From Mobula hypostoma (lineage: Eukaryota): a DNA stretch of 64,000 bases. The notes below the pieces were generated by a model. That model ran no database searches and had not been told where the DNA came from. It worked only from the letters and a program-made list of their open reading frames with translations. The stretch lies in the NCBI RefSeq assembly GCF_963921235.1, contig NC_086097.1, forward strand, positions 24,368,001 through 24,432,000, in the 5' to 3' direction. This document shows, in pieces, positions 12,445-24,844 of the stretch; the stretch's first letter is position 1, and each line of letters opens with the position of its first letter. A program made the position numbers and the translations under genes.

Positions 12445-12932
12445 AACCAACATCAAAGTTGCCGGTGAACGCAGCAGGCCAAGCAGCATCTATAGGAAGA
12501 GGCGCAGTCGACGGTTCAGGCCGAGACCCTTCGTCAGGACTAACTGAAGGAAGAGTAAGTAAGGGATTTGAAAGCTCTGAATATTGTCCCTCTGAATATA
12601 CCTCTTGCCCATCCTCTGGGTTCCCCCCCCCCGTCTTTCTTCCCGGACCTCCTGTCCCATGATCCTCTCGTATCCCCTTTTGCCTATCACCTGTCCAGCT
12701 CTCGGCTCTATCCCTCCCCCTCCTGTCTTCTCCTATCATTTTGCATCTCCCCCTCCCCCTCCAGCTTTCAAATCCCTTACTCACTCTTCCTTCAGTTAGT
12801 CCTGACGAAGGGTCTCGGCCTGAAACGTCGACTGCGCCTCTTCCTATAGATGCTGCTTGGCCTGCTGCGTTCACCAGCAACTTTGATGTGTGTTGCTTGA
12901 ATTTCCAGCATCTGCAGAATTCCTGTTGTTTG
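12445..12932 (+). mobile_element. Fold-back Penelope pLTR insertion with a 14-bp TSD
   Basis: Inverted arms ~12449-12577 and ~12764-12892; TSD cgaataatttattc at 12431-12444 and 12933-12946. Confidence 0.9.
12797..12834 (+). ncRNA. Minimal type-I hammerhead ribozyme, intact core
   Basis: tagtc-CTGACGA-agggtctcggcct-GAAACGTC-gactg; predicted cleavage after C12829 (GUC). Confidence 0.75.
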
Positions 12933-13049
12933 CGAATAATTTATTCTATTTTTTTTTACCCATATGTCAGATGTGATCTCAGACCAGAGTGCACCTTCTT
13001 CCCCAGACCTGGTTTCAAAGAAAAGCTGTGGAATTCTCCCCAGCATCCA

Positions 13050-13530
13050 GGCCAATATTGGAGAGGGTACAAAGGAGGACTTTTGAGAATGATCTCAGGA
13101 ATGAAAGAGTTAACATATGAGGAGTTTTCATGGTTCTGGACCTTTATTTGCTGGAGATTAGAATAATAAGGAAGAATCTCGTTGAGACATTGAATATTGA
13201 AAGACCAAGATAGAGGATGTTTCCAATAGTGTAAGAGGCTGGGAATAGAGAGCACAGTCTCAGAATAGCAGAATGTCCCTTTAGAACAGAGATGAGGTGG
13301 AATTTCATTAGCCAGAGGATGGTGAATCTATGGAATTCATCGCCAGAGATAGCTATGGAGGCCAAGCCATTGGGTATATTTAAAGCAGAGGTTGGTAGGT
13401 TCTTCATTGTTAAGGGCATCAAAGGTTCCAGGAGAAAGCATGGAATTAAACGTGATAATAAATCTACCGTGATGGAATGGGAAATAGACTTGATGGGCCG
13501 AATGGCCTAATTCTGCTCCTGTGGCCTTGT
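13050..13530 (+). mobile_element. CR1 3' fragment
   Basis: LERVQRR.LRMISGMK; MRWNFISQRMVNLWNS; 3' UTR gatgggccgaatggcctaattctgctcc. Confidence 0.8.
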
Positions 13531-13881
13531 ATTAACCATTCAGACAACAGGCTATTTCCCATTTTTGTGAGCTTGCTCTTCACAACTTGTTTGCTACGTT
13601 TCCAATTGCAAAGATAGCACTTCAAAATACTTCATGGGCTGTAAAGTGCCATGAGAACTCCTAAAAGAGACAACAGAAGTACTATGGAGATATGCATCTG
13701 ATTTCATACCTTCATGTTTCTTGGCTGAGATCTGTTTTGAGGGAAGGGAGGAGGAGGTGGGAACCCAATCATCAGTCTGCATTGCATTTAATTACTTGTC
13801 AGTTTACATTTTCCCATAACCAATTCCATCAGTTAGCTTAAGGAGTAACAGTATTACTTTTATTTCATCAGCTAACTGTAA

Positions 13882-14183
13882 TAGAAACATAGAAACAAAG
13901 AAAATAGGTGCAGGAGTAGGCCATTCGGCCCTTCGAGCCTGCACCGCCATTTATTATGATCATGGCTGATCCTCCAACTCAGAACCCCGCCCCAGCCTTC
14001 CCTCCATACCCCCTCACCCCCGTAGCCACAAGGGCCATATCTAACTCCCTCTTAAATATAGCCAATGAACTGGCCTCAACTGTTTCCTGTGGCAGAGAAT
14101 TCCACAGATTCACCACTCTCTGTGTGAAGAAGTTTTTCCTAATCTCAGTCCTAAAAGGCTTCCCCTCTATCCTCAAACTGTGG
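13882..14183 (-). mobile_element. Young CR1 3' end
   Basis: GHSLRIEGKPFRTEIRKNFFTQRVVNLWNSLP; (tttctatg)n tail at ~13882-13900. Confidence 0.85.
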
Positions 14184-15244
14184 CCTAAAATGTAAACTAA
14201 TTTCTCATTCTTTTGTTGCATACTGATTAAGGTAAGGATCTAAATATTTACCGAATGCACTGACAATTGATTATTATAAAGAATGAATCAAATTTGGCAG
14301 AGAATGATTCAGTTGTATTCCTCTGAAATATCCCCCACTGCATGTAATGGATGCATTTCCATTGTCCATTGTCACTCTAAGTTGAGAGGCGGCACTCTGA
14401 GAGGGGTAAAATATCAGTCATGATGGAATGGCGAAGCAGACTCGAAAGGCCAAATGGCCTAATTCTGCTCCTTTCTGTTATGTGTAAACAAGATGGAACC
14501 TCCTATCCTCACACCATCAAATCAAGGAAGATTCCTTACAAAAGAATTTGTGGATGTGGGTTTGATTTGAACATTTCAGGGATGTATGGAAGGGTAGGGT
14601 ATGGAGGGCTATGGTCCAGGTGTGTGTCGATAGGACGAAGTAGAATAATAGTTTAGCAAGGACTAGCTGGGCCAAAGGGCCTGTTTCTGTGCTGTGGTGC
14701 CCTGCGACTGAGTCTAAGACACAGGCTTCTTGTTCCTTGAGCTTAGTTCCATTCACCTTCTCCCCATATTAAGAAGGAATGAATGCCGAGGAGATTCCCC
14801 AGTGACATTTTCAGGAATGGAGGGCTGGAGTAATAAGAGTGATTAAGAATTATTTGGTCACGTGGACATCAAAATATGCAGTGAAATGAAGGTACAGCAA
14901 GAACCTGTAGGTGGAGCTAGCCAGATATTCCTTCTCAAAAGCAGCAACAACCCCTTCCTCATAGAACCTGATCGAAACTCACGCACCTGGGATCCTGCAG
15001 GACAGAAGCACGCCCTTTGGCCCACCTTGTCCATGCTGACCATGGCACCTAGCTGCACTAATACTATTGACTTGATTTAAGTCCATATTTCTCTCCACCT
15101 TCCCTTTCCAAGTATCGCAATCGTAACTACATTTTCAATTTTTTTTTTGCACAGTTCTCTGGTGCTGGTTACAACAACTTGGAGTTATTACAGATCTGTA
15201 CAGGCCACACAGTAGTAGTTATCATACAAAGCTTGACAACAAGT

Positions 15245-15830
15245 CACATAAGATTATAAGACCATGAGACATAAGATCAGAATTAGGCCATCCTACCCAT
15301 CGAGTCTGCTCCACCGTTTCATCCTGGTTGATTTATTATTCCTTTCATCCCCATTCTTCAGCCTTCTCCCTGTAATGTTTGATGCCCTGACTAATCAAGA
15401 ACCTATCAAACTCCACTTTAAATATACCCAGCGACCTGGCCTCATTATGAATTCCACAGATTCATTCCCTCTGGCTAAAGAAACTCCTCCTGTTCTGTTC
15501 TAAAGGGACTTCCTATTATTCTGCAGCAGTTCCCTCTGGTCCTAGACTCACCCACTATAGGAAACATCCTCTTCTTTATGTAGGCTTTTCAATATTTGGT
15601 ATGTTTCAATGAGATCTCCCCTCATTCTTCTAAACTTCAGCAAGTACAGGCCCAGAGCCATCAAACTGTTCCTGTAACATTTACTCTTCCAATCCCAGGA
15701 TCATTCTCATGAGCCTTCTCCAGATCTTCTCCAACATCAGCATACCCTTTCTTAGATAAGGGATCCAAAAATGCCTTCAGTGCTCCAAGTGCAGTCTGAC
15801 TAATTCCTTATAAAGCCTCAGCATTGCGTC
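15245..15830 (-). mobile_element. CR1 3' fragment
   Basis: Reverse complement gives LRLYKELVRLHLEH..FWIPYLRK and a cttatg-type tail. Confidence 0.75.
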
Positions 15831-15964
15831 AGGATGTAGTTGAGTGAGTGACAGACACCTGGCCAAAAATAATTTGAACTAAAGTAATTTTTTTCAGAGA
15901 AAAGAGACGGAGACCAGAACAGTTGCAAAATTTGGTTATGCAGCCAGGCTTGTGCCTTACCATT

Positions 15965-16780
15965 CTTGGCATATTGAGCAGTGCTTTGGCTTTGAGTCAG
16001 GTGGTTATGGGTTCAAGTCCCACTCGAGAGCTGTAGTTCACTGCCGCACAGAAACAAGCCCAACTTGTTAGTCTTGTATTTTCATGTGTAGTTTTTCATT
16101 GATTCTTTTATATTTCTTCTGCAAGAAAATGAATCTCATGGTGACATATACATACTTGGATATTAAATTTACTTTGAACTTTGAATTATTATTCTGCCTA
16201 GTCCCATCAACCCACACCTGGACCACAGCCCTCCATTCCCCCGTCCCGACCATGTACCTATCCAAATTTCCCTTAAGTGTTGAAATCAAACCAACATCCA
16301 CCACTCCTGTTGGCAGTTCATTCCATAATCTCACGATCCCTGAGTGAAGTAGTTCCCTGAAACGTTTCACCTTTCAACCTTAACCCATAACCTCTAGTTC
16401 TAGTCGCACTCAACCTCAGTGGAAAAAGCCTGGATGCATTTACATCTAGAACAAGAAATTCCTGATTGACATACTCTGGAGGAACGCTGCCTTGTCAGGG
16501 ATGTGTATTCAAAGGCAGATTAAGCTGATGCCCAGATGATGTCCAGTTTGGCAGCTATCTCCGGTGTCCCAGAGTTCATTCTGCTGCCTGGGATGGAATC
16601 GCTGATCATTATCACGCTGTTTGTAGAGACTTTCTGCAGGCGAAACTTCGCCTATCTACTCCCCATATTACGTCAGTGATCGCGCTTCAGAGAACATCAC
16701 CCCTTTTAAAAACAAAACTCTGAAACAGCCTGTTTGTGGAAGACGGCACCAAGATGCAACTATTCCTTTCTCAGCCTTGC
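15965..16780 (+). mobile_element. Old Deu-domain SINE (SacSINE1-like), split by CR1/Rex debris
   Basis: Head gagtcaggtggttatgggttcaagtcccact at ~15993; Deu-like ctgatcattatcacgctgtttgt...cagtgatcgcgcttcag at ~16600-16700. Confidence 0.5.
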
Positions 16781-17219
16781 TTCCGATGCATCATCCGAAC
16801 CTCTGTGGGAGCACATGAATAAAATCCCAGTGGTAAATTATACAAACATCTGTACAAGTCAGGTGTAGGATTTACAGAAGTGATCCCCTCTCCCAGTTGG
16901 TTTGAAGAGTGTTTGAATAATATTCCCAGTAGCATTTGTCATTTAATCCAACAACGTTTTATCTGTATCGAGCCCTGGTTTGCTTTCAGTGTTTTATTTC
17001 GCAAGGTGGAATCATCCAAGGGAGAAAAAAACCAGATGAATTTTCAAGGGGAAAATGAAGAAAGACCCCCTGAGTGGTACCTATCGTGTTCTCATTTCTC
17101 AAAAAGGGAAGCTGCACTATACTTTTTGAATATTTTGCAAACAACAGGGACAAAAATGACACGATTAAATAGCACCCTCCTTTAAGAACATTTCAAAGAA
17201 CTTAACAGTCTTCTGACTC

Positions 17220-17440
17220 AAAGTACTTCAGAAGTGCAGTTGTATAGTCGCACTGTGCACAGTCAGTTTCCACAAAGGACAGTGTGATAATGAACATTTG
17301 GTGATGTGAAGTGAGGGATGGTTATTGGCCAGGGTAACTGCTGTTTTTCAGAATAATGCAGTGAGATCTTTTGCATCCACATCGGAGAGCAGACGAGGCC
17401 TTAGCCTAACACATCATCATAATGACACCTCAGAGGGATG
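17220..17440 (-). mobile_element. Old Deu-domain SINE relic
   Basis: gtgtgataatga...tgatgtgaagtgagggat..tattggccagg...gagatcttttgcatccacatcggagagcagacgaggcc; homologous to 26530-26780. Confidence 0.55.
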
Positions 17441-17719
17441 ATGCTGCTTGACACGCTGAGTCCCTCCAGCATTTTGTATATTGCGCCACAGAATCTCGGA
17501 TTTATGATCAGAAAGACCACTGCACAGCTCCAAATGTCCCACAATCCAGGCCTTTTAATATAAGAAAGCCAACAGTCAGTTTGTGCATCTCTCTCTTTCA
17601 CCAGCAGCATGATAAGGTAATCTGCTTAGTCAACATTCATTGGGGTATAAATGTTTTTGGGCATAGTTATTAACTGCTCAGGTCTCTAGAGTGGGGCGAC
17701 CCTGAACCCACACCCTTTA

Positions 17720-18315
17720 GATATATAAGGATGTAATGCTAAGGCTTTATAAGGCATTGGTCAGACCTTACTTGGACTAATGTCAGCAATTTTGGGCTCC
17801 TTATCAAAGAAAGGATGTACTGACATTGGAGAGAGTCCAGAGGGGGTTCATGAGAATTATCTCAGGAATTAAATGGTTAATGTACGAGGAGCATTTGATG
17901 GCTCTGGGCTTGTACTCTTGGAGTTGAGGATAATGAGGGAGATCTCATTGAAACCAAGGCCTAGAAAAAGTGGACATGGAGAGCTTGTTACCTATAGTGG
18001 GTGAGTCTAGGACCAGAGAGCACAGTCTCAGAAAAGAAAAGGACATTCCTTTAGAACAGAGGTGAGGATTAATTTTCTTCATTCAGAGGGTAGTGAATCG
18101 ATGGAATTCATTGCCACAGATATGTGTGGAGGCCAAGACATTGGATATATTTAAAGCAGTTTGATAGGTCTCTTGATTAGTAAGGGTGTAGGAGGTTATG
18201 GGAAGAAGGCAAGAGTATGGGATTGAGTGGGATAATAAATTAGCCATGAATGAATGGCGGAGCAGACTTGATGGGCCAAATGGCCTAATTCTGCTCCCAT
18301 GTCTTGTGGTCTTTT
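17720..18315 (+). mobile_element. CR1 3' fragment
   Basis: KDVMLRLYKALVRP.LD.CQQFWAPYQRKDVLTLERVQR and QRVVNRWNSLP, followed by a CR1 3' UTR. Confidence 0.8.
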
Positions 18316-19295
18316 AGAGATGCAAAGTGGTTTGTCCTGAGATAGCAAATTGTTAAATTGTCCATTATTGTTACATGTATTGAGGTCTGGTGAAAAACCT
18401 ACATGTCATCCATACAGACACATTGAGGTAGTAAAGGGGACAATAATAACAGAATGCAGAGTAAGTGCACTTTATTCTGCACTCTGTTACAGAGAACAGA
18501 GTCACAGAGAAAATGCAATGCTGACAGGTATGCCTTTTCGTACTAGGGAACTGTCCAGTAGACATATAACACTGGGATAAAGCTGCCATTGCGTGTGCTG
18601 GTACGTGCTCTCAACATTTGTACCTCCTGTCCAATAGGAGGGGGGGAAGAAGAGGGAATGTCCGGGGTGAGTGGTGTTTTTGATTATGTTGGCAGCTTTA
18701 ACAAATCAGCACAAAATGTAGATGGAGTCCATGGTTGGCTTCTGTGATGTGTCCACAACTCTCTCCATTTTCTTACAGTCTCAGGCAGAGGCTAGAGTCC
18801 CTTACATGGACTCTGTCTACACTTCTCACTGAACATCATCCAGCAAGCAGTTGCAGGGATAGGAGAGAAACTCAGAAAAAACTCTTCCAATACATCGGCC
18901 ATCATCTTTGCCACTTTGCAAACCAGTTATCTTGGTTTGTGAACAATGAGGAAGGAAGTTCTGTTTATTTCTGCTGTTGAATGGAGTCTTTGTCTCATCG
19001 GTGAGGCCTTTGCTCATGGCTCCTTGTACGGAGGCCACTCACAGGTCAACCATGTCATTGTGGGTTGGGAGTCACAAAAATGGAACATACCTGAAATGCT
19101 GGAGGAATTTAGCAGCTCAGGCAGTACCTATGGAAAGGAATAAACAGTCAGGCCAAGACCTTCATCAGCAGTGGAATTCTTGCCAGGCTCATACAGGTAG
19201 GCCTGGAAATGGAGCTGCAAGTCACATGATGCAAGATGACGACAGAGACAAGTTCCCAGGAAGGATATGTGGCTGTGGTAGTGAGACCGGCTAAA

Positions 19296-20630
19296 TCATA
19301 GAACATAAAACATAGAATAGTACAGCACAGTGCAGGCCCTTCGGCCCACAATGTTGTGCCGACCCTCAAACCCTGCCTCCCATATAAGCCCCCACCTTAG
19401 ATTCCTCCATATACCTGTCTAGTAGTCTCATAAACTTCACTAGTGTATCTGTCTCCACCACTGACTCAGGCAGTGCATTCCACGCACCAACCACTCCCTG
19501 AGTAAAAAACCTTCCTCTAATATCCCCATTGAACTTCCCACCCCTTACCTTAAAGCCATGTCCTCTTGTATTGAGCAGTGCTGCCCTGGGGAAGAGGCGC
19601 TGGCTATCCACTCTATCTATTCCTCTTATTATCTTGTACACCTCTATCATGTCTCCTCTCATCCTCCTTCTCTCCAAAGAGTAAAGCTCTAGCTCCCTTA
19701 ATCTCTGATCATAATGCATACTTTCTAAACCAGGCAGCATCCTGGTAAATCTCCTCTCTACCCTTTCCAATGCTTTCACATCCTTCCTATAGTGAGGCGA
19801 CCAGAACTGGACACAATACTCCAAGTGTGACCTAACCAGAGTTTCATAGAGCTGCATCATTACATCGCGACTCTTAAACTCTATCCCTCGACTTATGAAA
19901 GCTGACACCCCATAAGCTTTCTTAACTACCCTATCCACCTGTGAGGCAACTTTCAGGGATCTGTGGAAATGTACCCCGAGATCCCTCTGCTCCTCCACAC
20001 TACCAAGTATCCTGCCATTAACTTTGTACTCTGCCTTGGAGTTTGTCCTTCCAAAGTGTACCACCTCACACTTCTCCGGGTTGAACTCCATCTGCCACTT
20101 CTCAGTCCACTTCTGCATCCTATCAGTGTCTCTCTGCAATCTTTGACAATCCTGTACACTATCTACAACACCACCAACCTTTGTGTCGTCTGCAAACTTG
20201 CCAACCCACCCTTCTACCCCCACATCCAGGTCGTTAATAAAAATCATGAAAAGTAGAGGTCCCAGAACAGATCCTTGTGGGACACCATTGGTCACAATCC
20301 TCCAATCCGAATGTACTCCCTCCACCACCACCCTCTGCCTTCTGCAGGCAAGCCAATTCTGAATCCACCTGGCCAAACTTCCCTGGATCCCATGCCTTTT
20401 AACTTTCTGAATAAGCCTACCATGTGGAACCTTGTCAAATGCCTTACTAAAATCCATATAGATCACATCCACTGCACTACCCTCATCTATATGCCTGGTC
20501 ACCTCCTCAAAGAACTCTATCAGGCTTGTTAGCCACGATCTGCCCTTCACAAAGCCATGCTGACTGTCCCTGATCAGACCATGATTCTCTAAATGCCTAT
20601 AGATCCTATCTCTAAGAATCTTTTCCAACA
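19296..20630 (-). mobile_element. Young 5'-truncated CR1 LINE with an uninterrupted RT-to-C-terminus reading frame
   Basis: ORF 19366..20664(-): [45 protein letters not shown]; (ttctatg)-type tail at 19296-19320; the first ~11 codons of the track ORF are flanking DNA. Confidence 0.95.
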
Positions 20631-22554
20631 TCAAAGAAGAATCAAACAGACCAGCAGAGATCAAAGAGGGATAGCTGTGAGAGAGGGCTTTACTGAGCCT
20701 GCATGAAGAGATTTAACCTTCTTCAAGGGAGCCATGTCTCGAAGAGGCTTTGTAGCAGAGCAGATCATAAACGGAGGAGATTTTGCAGATGCTGGAAATC
20801 TTGATACTGACTGTTTTGGTGAAGGTTTTTGGTCAGAACTATCAACTGTTTATTCCCCCTCCATCAATGCGCCCTGACCTGCTGAGTCCCTCCAGCCTTT
20901 TGTGCATGTTACTCTGGATTTCCGGCATCTGCAGAATCTCCTGTGTTTATGACTTGCATGTAAAGCCTGGAATTAGAAAACATGGCAAACTTCTTTTCTT
21001 GAAGGGACACATGACCCTGTTTTTCTGCATTAAAGTAACTTGCTTCTTCATTACGCTTTATCAATAGTAATTCAGCATCCCAACCACCAAGACGGGTCTT
21101 GAACCCGTGTTGTTTGGCGCAGCTTCAGTCAATTAGTCTAATATTATAACCATTATGCAACTATGTTCTTTAACTACTGGCCTTCTTTTAGTGTTTCTTA
21201 CAACTTCGCAACATACCAATGTGGCCTTTTAGCTATAATGTTGGCTGTAGGTTTAAATATTTTAAGTATATCCAGCAGTATTTTCAAGTATTGGTCAAAT
21301 AATATTAATTAGCGATACCTGCGGGCTGCCCCCAGCCCATCCTTGAGTGTGTGGGTGGTTAACGCAAACAACGCATTTCAGTGTGTGTTTCCATGTACGT
21401 GTGATAAATAAATGAGTCTGAATCTATTTTGGAGGGAAATATGGAGAGGTAGTCCCTCAATGAGGCTTGCGCCCTGGAGAAGAAGGTGGAACCACTCACC
21501 TCTTTCACAACCCCTTCTCCAGTGATGCTGCCTCGTACTCAGATTCTTAATTCTATCTCACTCAGTTACTCCATTATTGTCACTTGAGTGTTTGTCATTG
21601 TGTTGCTCCTGATTGTGCTATGGTTTTTGCACTGTTCTGTTCTTTCGTAATGTTGTATTTATTGTTACAAAGTTTATGCTGAAATTTTTGTGTATAGGGA
21701 ATTTCACTGCACCCTGGTGTATATTCGATATACTAAATTAACTTGACTAACTATGTAAGACTGCACATTGGTGAATGCCTCTTCCAACATTGACGCTGCT
21801 TGAGTCTGGTTATTGGTGCTCAAGGGTGTGAAGCCAGGCTTGAACATTTGAACACACAATTTGGAACCAGAGTTTCTCTCCTCCAAAAAGCACTGCCTTC
21901 CCCGACTGGGTTTGAGCATCAGAATTAAACCAATTTTGCATTCACTCTCTGCTTGAAGGAAGACGGAACATTTTTTGTTTAAAACACATTTGGCCAGGTG
22001 CATGGATAGGATCAACTTTCTCAACATTATTCACCAAGTACGTTTCCATTTATTCAGAAATTGTTGTGGAGTGTTGGCATGACATGTGACAAGAAATGAC
22101 AAAATTTCAGCAATTATACAGATTAGCAAATTGTATAAAAGTAAAGATAGTAGATATGGAATAAAATGTGCATAAATACATGGCAAATACCAGTATGTAT
22201 TCCAATGTAAACGATATAATAAAAAGTTGTTTAAAACGTTAACAGTGCAGGGACTGATGCGGTAATAGATAGTGCAATAATAAACAGGGAAGGTTTGGAG
22301 GGATATGGGTGAAATGCAGGAAAATGAGATTGACAGCTTGTCAGCAGGGATGAATTGGACTGAAGGGCTTGTTTCTGTAGAGTATAACTCAGTGACTATA
22401 AAACAGAAAGCATAGTTACCCCATGTATCAGGATCTCTATAACATCTGTGTATAGCAAACTGGGGTAGGAGGGCATTGAATTCAATTTCACCTTTAAACT
22501 GTGTTCCAGAATCCACTGTACATGAGCTTAATGAGAGAGATTAGGTCCATAAAC

Positions 22555-22830
22555 TTCGAAACATACATTGAAATGTGTCATTTGCATCAACGACCAACAC
22601 AATCCCAGGATTGTGCTAGGAGCAGCCTACAAGTGTAGGCACACTTCCGGCGCCAACATAACATGTCTGCAACTCACTAATCCTAGCCCTCACCATACGT
22701 CTTTGGAATGTGGGAGGAAACCAGAGCATCCTGAGGAAACCCACGCAGTCATGGGGAAATGTGCATACTCCACAGATAGCGGTGGGAATCGAACCCCAGT
22801 CAGTGATCACAGGTGACGTAAAGCATTGCG
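22555..22830 (-). mobile_element. V-SINE
   Basis: Reverse complement: B box ggttcgattccc, then V domain gggtttcctcaggatgctctggtttcctcccacattccaaagac. Confidence 0.75.
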
Positions 22831-23176
22831 TGCAAGGAGAGGCCTCCTTGCAATATCCTTGAGCAAGAAGGTTTGAGAATGGGGACGGCTCTGAGAGAGT
22901 GGAATGCACACAACCACCCTGCCGCCCCTGACTTAGTTTGAATATCTTAGGCCTGGCAGTTTAAAAGGAAACTTCTCTGTTGGTTTATTTATTTATTATT
23001 ATTATTATTATGATTTTCTTTCTGTGTTTGCACAATTCGTTATCTTTTGCACACTGGTTGAATGCCCAAGTTGGTACAGTCTTTCATTGATTCTAATATG
23101 GTTATTATTCTATAATAGATTTATTGAGTATGCCTGCAAGAAAGTTAATCTCAGGATTGTATATGATGACATATAT

Positions 23177-23481
23177 CATGGCCAAGTGGTTAAAACATTG
23201 GACTAGTGACCTGAAGGTCGTGAGTTCGAGCCCCAGCCGAGGGAACGTGTCGTGTCCTTGAGCAAGGCACTTAATCACACATTGCTCTGCGACGACGCTG
23301 GTGCCAAGCTGTATGGGTCCTAATGCCCTTCCCTTGGACAACATTGGTGTCGTGGAGAGGGGAGACTTGCAGCATGGGCAACTGCTGGTCTTCCATACAA
23401 CCTTGGCCAGGCCTGCGCCCTGGAGAGTGAAGACTTTCCAGGCACAGATCCATGGTCTCGCAGGATTAACGGATGTCTTTA
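23177..23481 (+). mobile_element. tRNA-derived SINE with a CORE-like segment and possible RTE-type 3' end
   Basis: A box tggccaagtgg, B box gttcgagcc, CORE-like gtgtccttgagcaaggcacttaa, 3' tccatggtctcgcagg. Confidence 0.7.
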
Positions 23482-24844
23482 TATAGACCTTAAACCCATA
23501 AGATACAGGAGTCATTTGGCTCTTTGAGTCTGCTCCAGCATCTTATCACGGCTGATCCATTTTTCCTCTCGGCTCCAAATCTCCTGCCTTCTCCCCATAT
23601 CCCTTCATGCCCTGACTAATCAAGAATCCATCAACCTCTGCTTTAAATATACCCAATGGCTTGTCCCAGTGACATATACAAAGTATATGTACTTTGATAA
23701 TAAACTTACTTTGAACTTTGGAAAAACTGGAGCCTGTGGATCACCATCCATAGTCTGCAGTGCCATGAGCAGGCCAATTTCATTACCGATTTGTAAGTTG
23801 GGGGCATGCTATGTTGGCATCCTTGGGAAGCAAGGCAACACTGGCAGGCAACACCCAGCACCATCCTTACTGATTTGATTTGATGCAAATGCTGCATTTC
23901 ACTGCACGTTTCAAAGTACATGTGACAAATACAGCTAATCTTATTTAAATAAAATCTGATTGGGGACCCTTGGCAAAACTTGTAATTTTGTTTGGTGTCA
24001 GTATAATTGTCATAAGGGAGATAGAGGGGTTAACAAACCCTTTGGATTAGAAATTAAATAATATTTCATTGAAAAGCAAAGTTTATTATTTCATCAGAGC
24101 TCAACTGAAGACAGCTTCACGGGATCCTGAGCACCTATTACAGGCTGTGTAATGTTTAATTGCCACATTATCTGGATACAGAGTGGAGTCGATATTAATT
24201 AATTTGCCAGCCTGCAATAAATACCCAGCAATGTATAGAGCAGCTCGGTTGCAATGTCCAATTATGCTTGGATCCGAATCACTTGTTTTTTTTTCCACAT
24301 CTGTGAAATTATATGAGGAGGAATTTCCCCAGGGAAGTTCTGTTGAAATCACATCTCTCCACTGGCTCCCAGTAGTCCTATCGTAAAACATTTTAGAAGC
24401 TCACAATCACCCCTCAGTTTTCCCTGATCTTCAAGGATCGGCAGGCGTCTAATTTATCCTCTTTGGGTTTTAAAGGACAGCATTTATGGATATTTTCTAA
24501 TGGCCCTTGAGAAGGAAGAGTTTCGAAGTCATTGTTTCACAGAGTGGAGATGGTAATCATGACAACTCAACCCTCCAGTTTATTTGTGGGACCCAGGCAA
24601 ACAATTCACAATCCTCTTGGCCTACAAGGAGAATTGAACAAATATATAAACTTGCCTTTCTGGTCTTCTTTTTAAAGAACATACAGCACTCTACAGACTC
24701 TTTGTAAGTCAATAATACTGAGTTGCAGAGTCTTGAAAGTGATTCTCTAAGTTGTGGAATCAGTTCAGAGTTGAGGTAAGTGAAGATATCCACAGTAGTT
24801 CAGGACCCTGATGGTTATAGGGTAATAACTACAAGTGAACCTTA

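Noticed and set aside
12445..12932. DNA-transposon MITE or pre-miRNA hairpin
   Set aside because: The arms are Penelope pLTR sequence with an asymmetric tail and variable 13-15-bp TSDs, which fits retrotransposition with inversion.
21494..21560. Minus-strand splice donor AG|GTGAGT
   Set aside because: An isolated motif with no polypyrimidine acceptor or recognisable reading frame upstream.
23177..23250. tRNA gene
   Set aside because: A and B boxes are present, but there is no complete acceptor stem or oligo-T terminator, and it continues into a SINE body.
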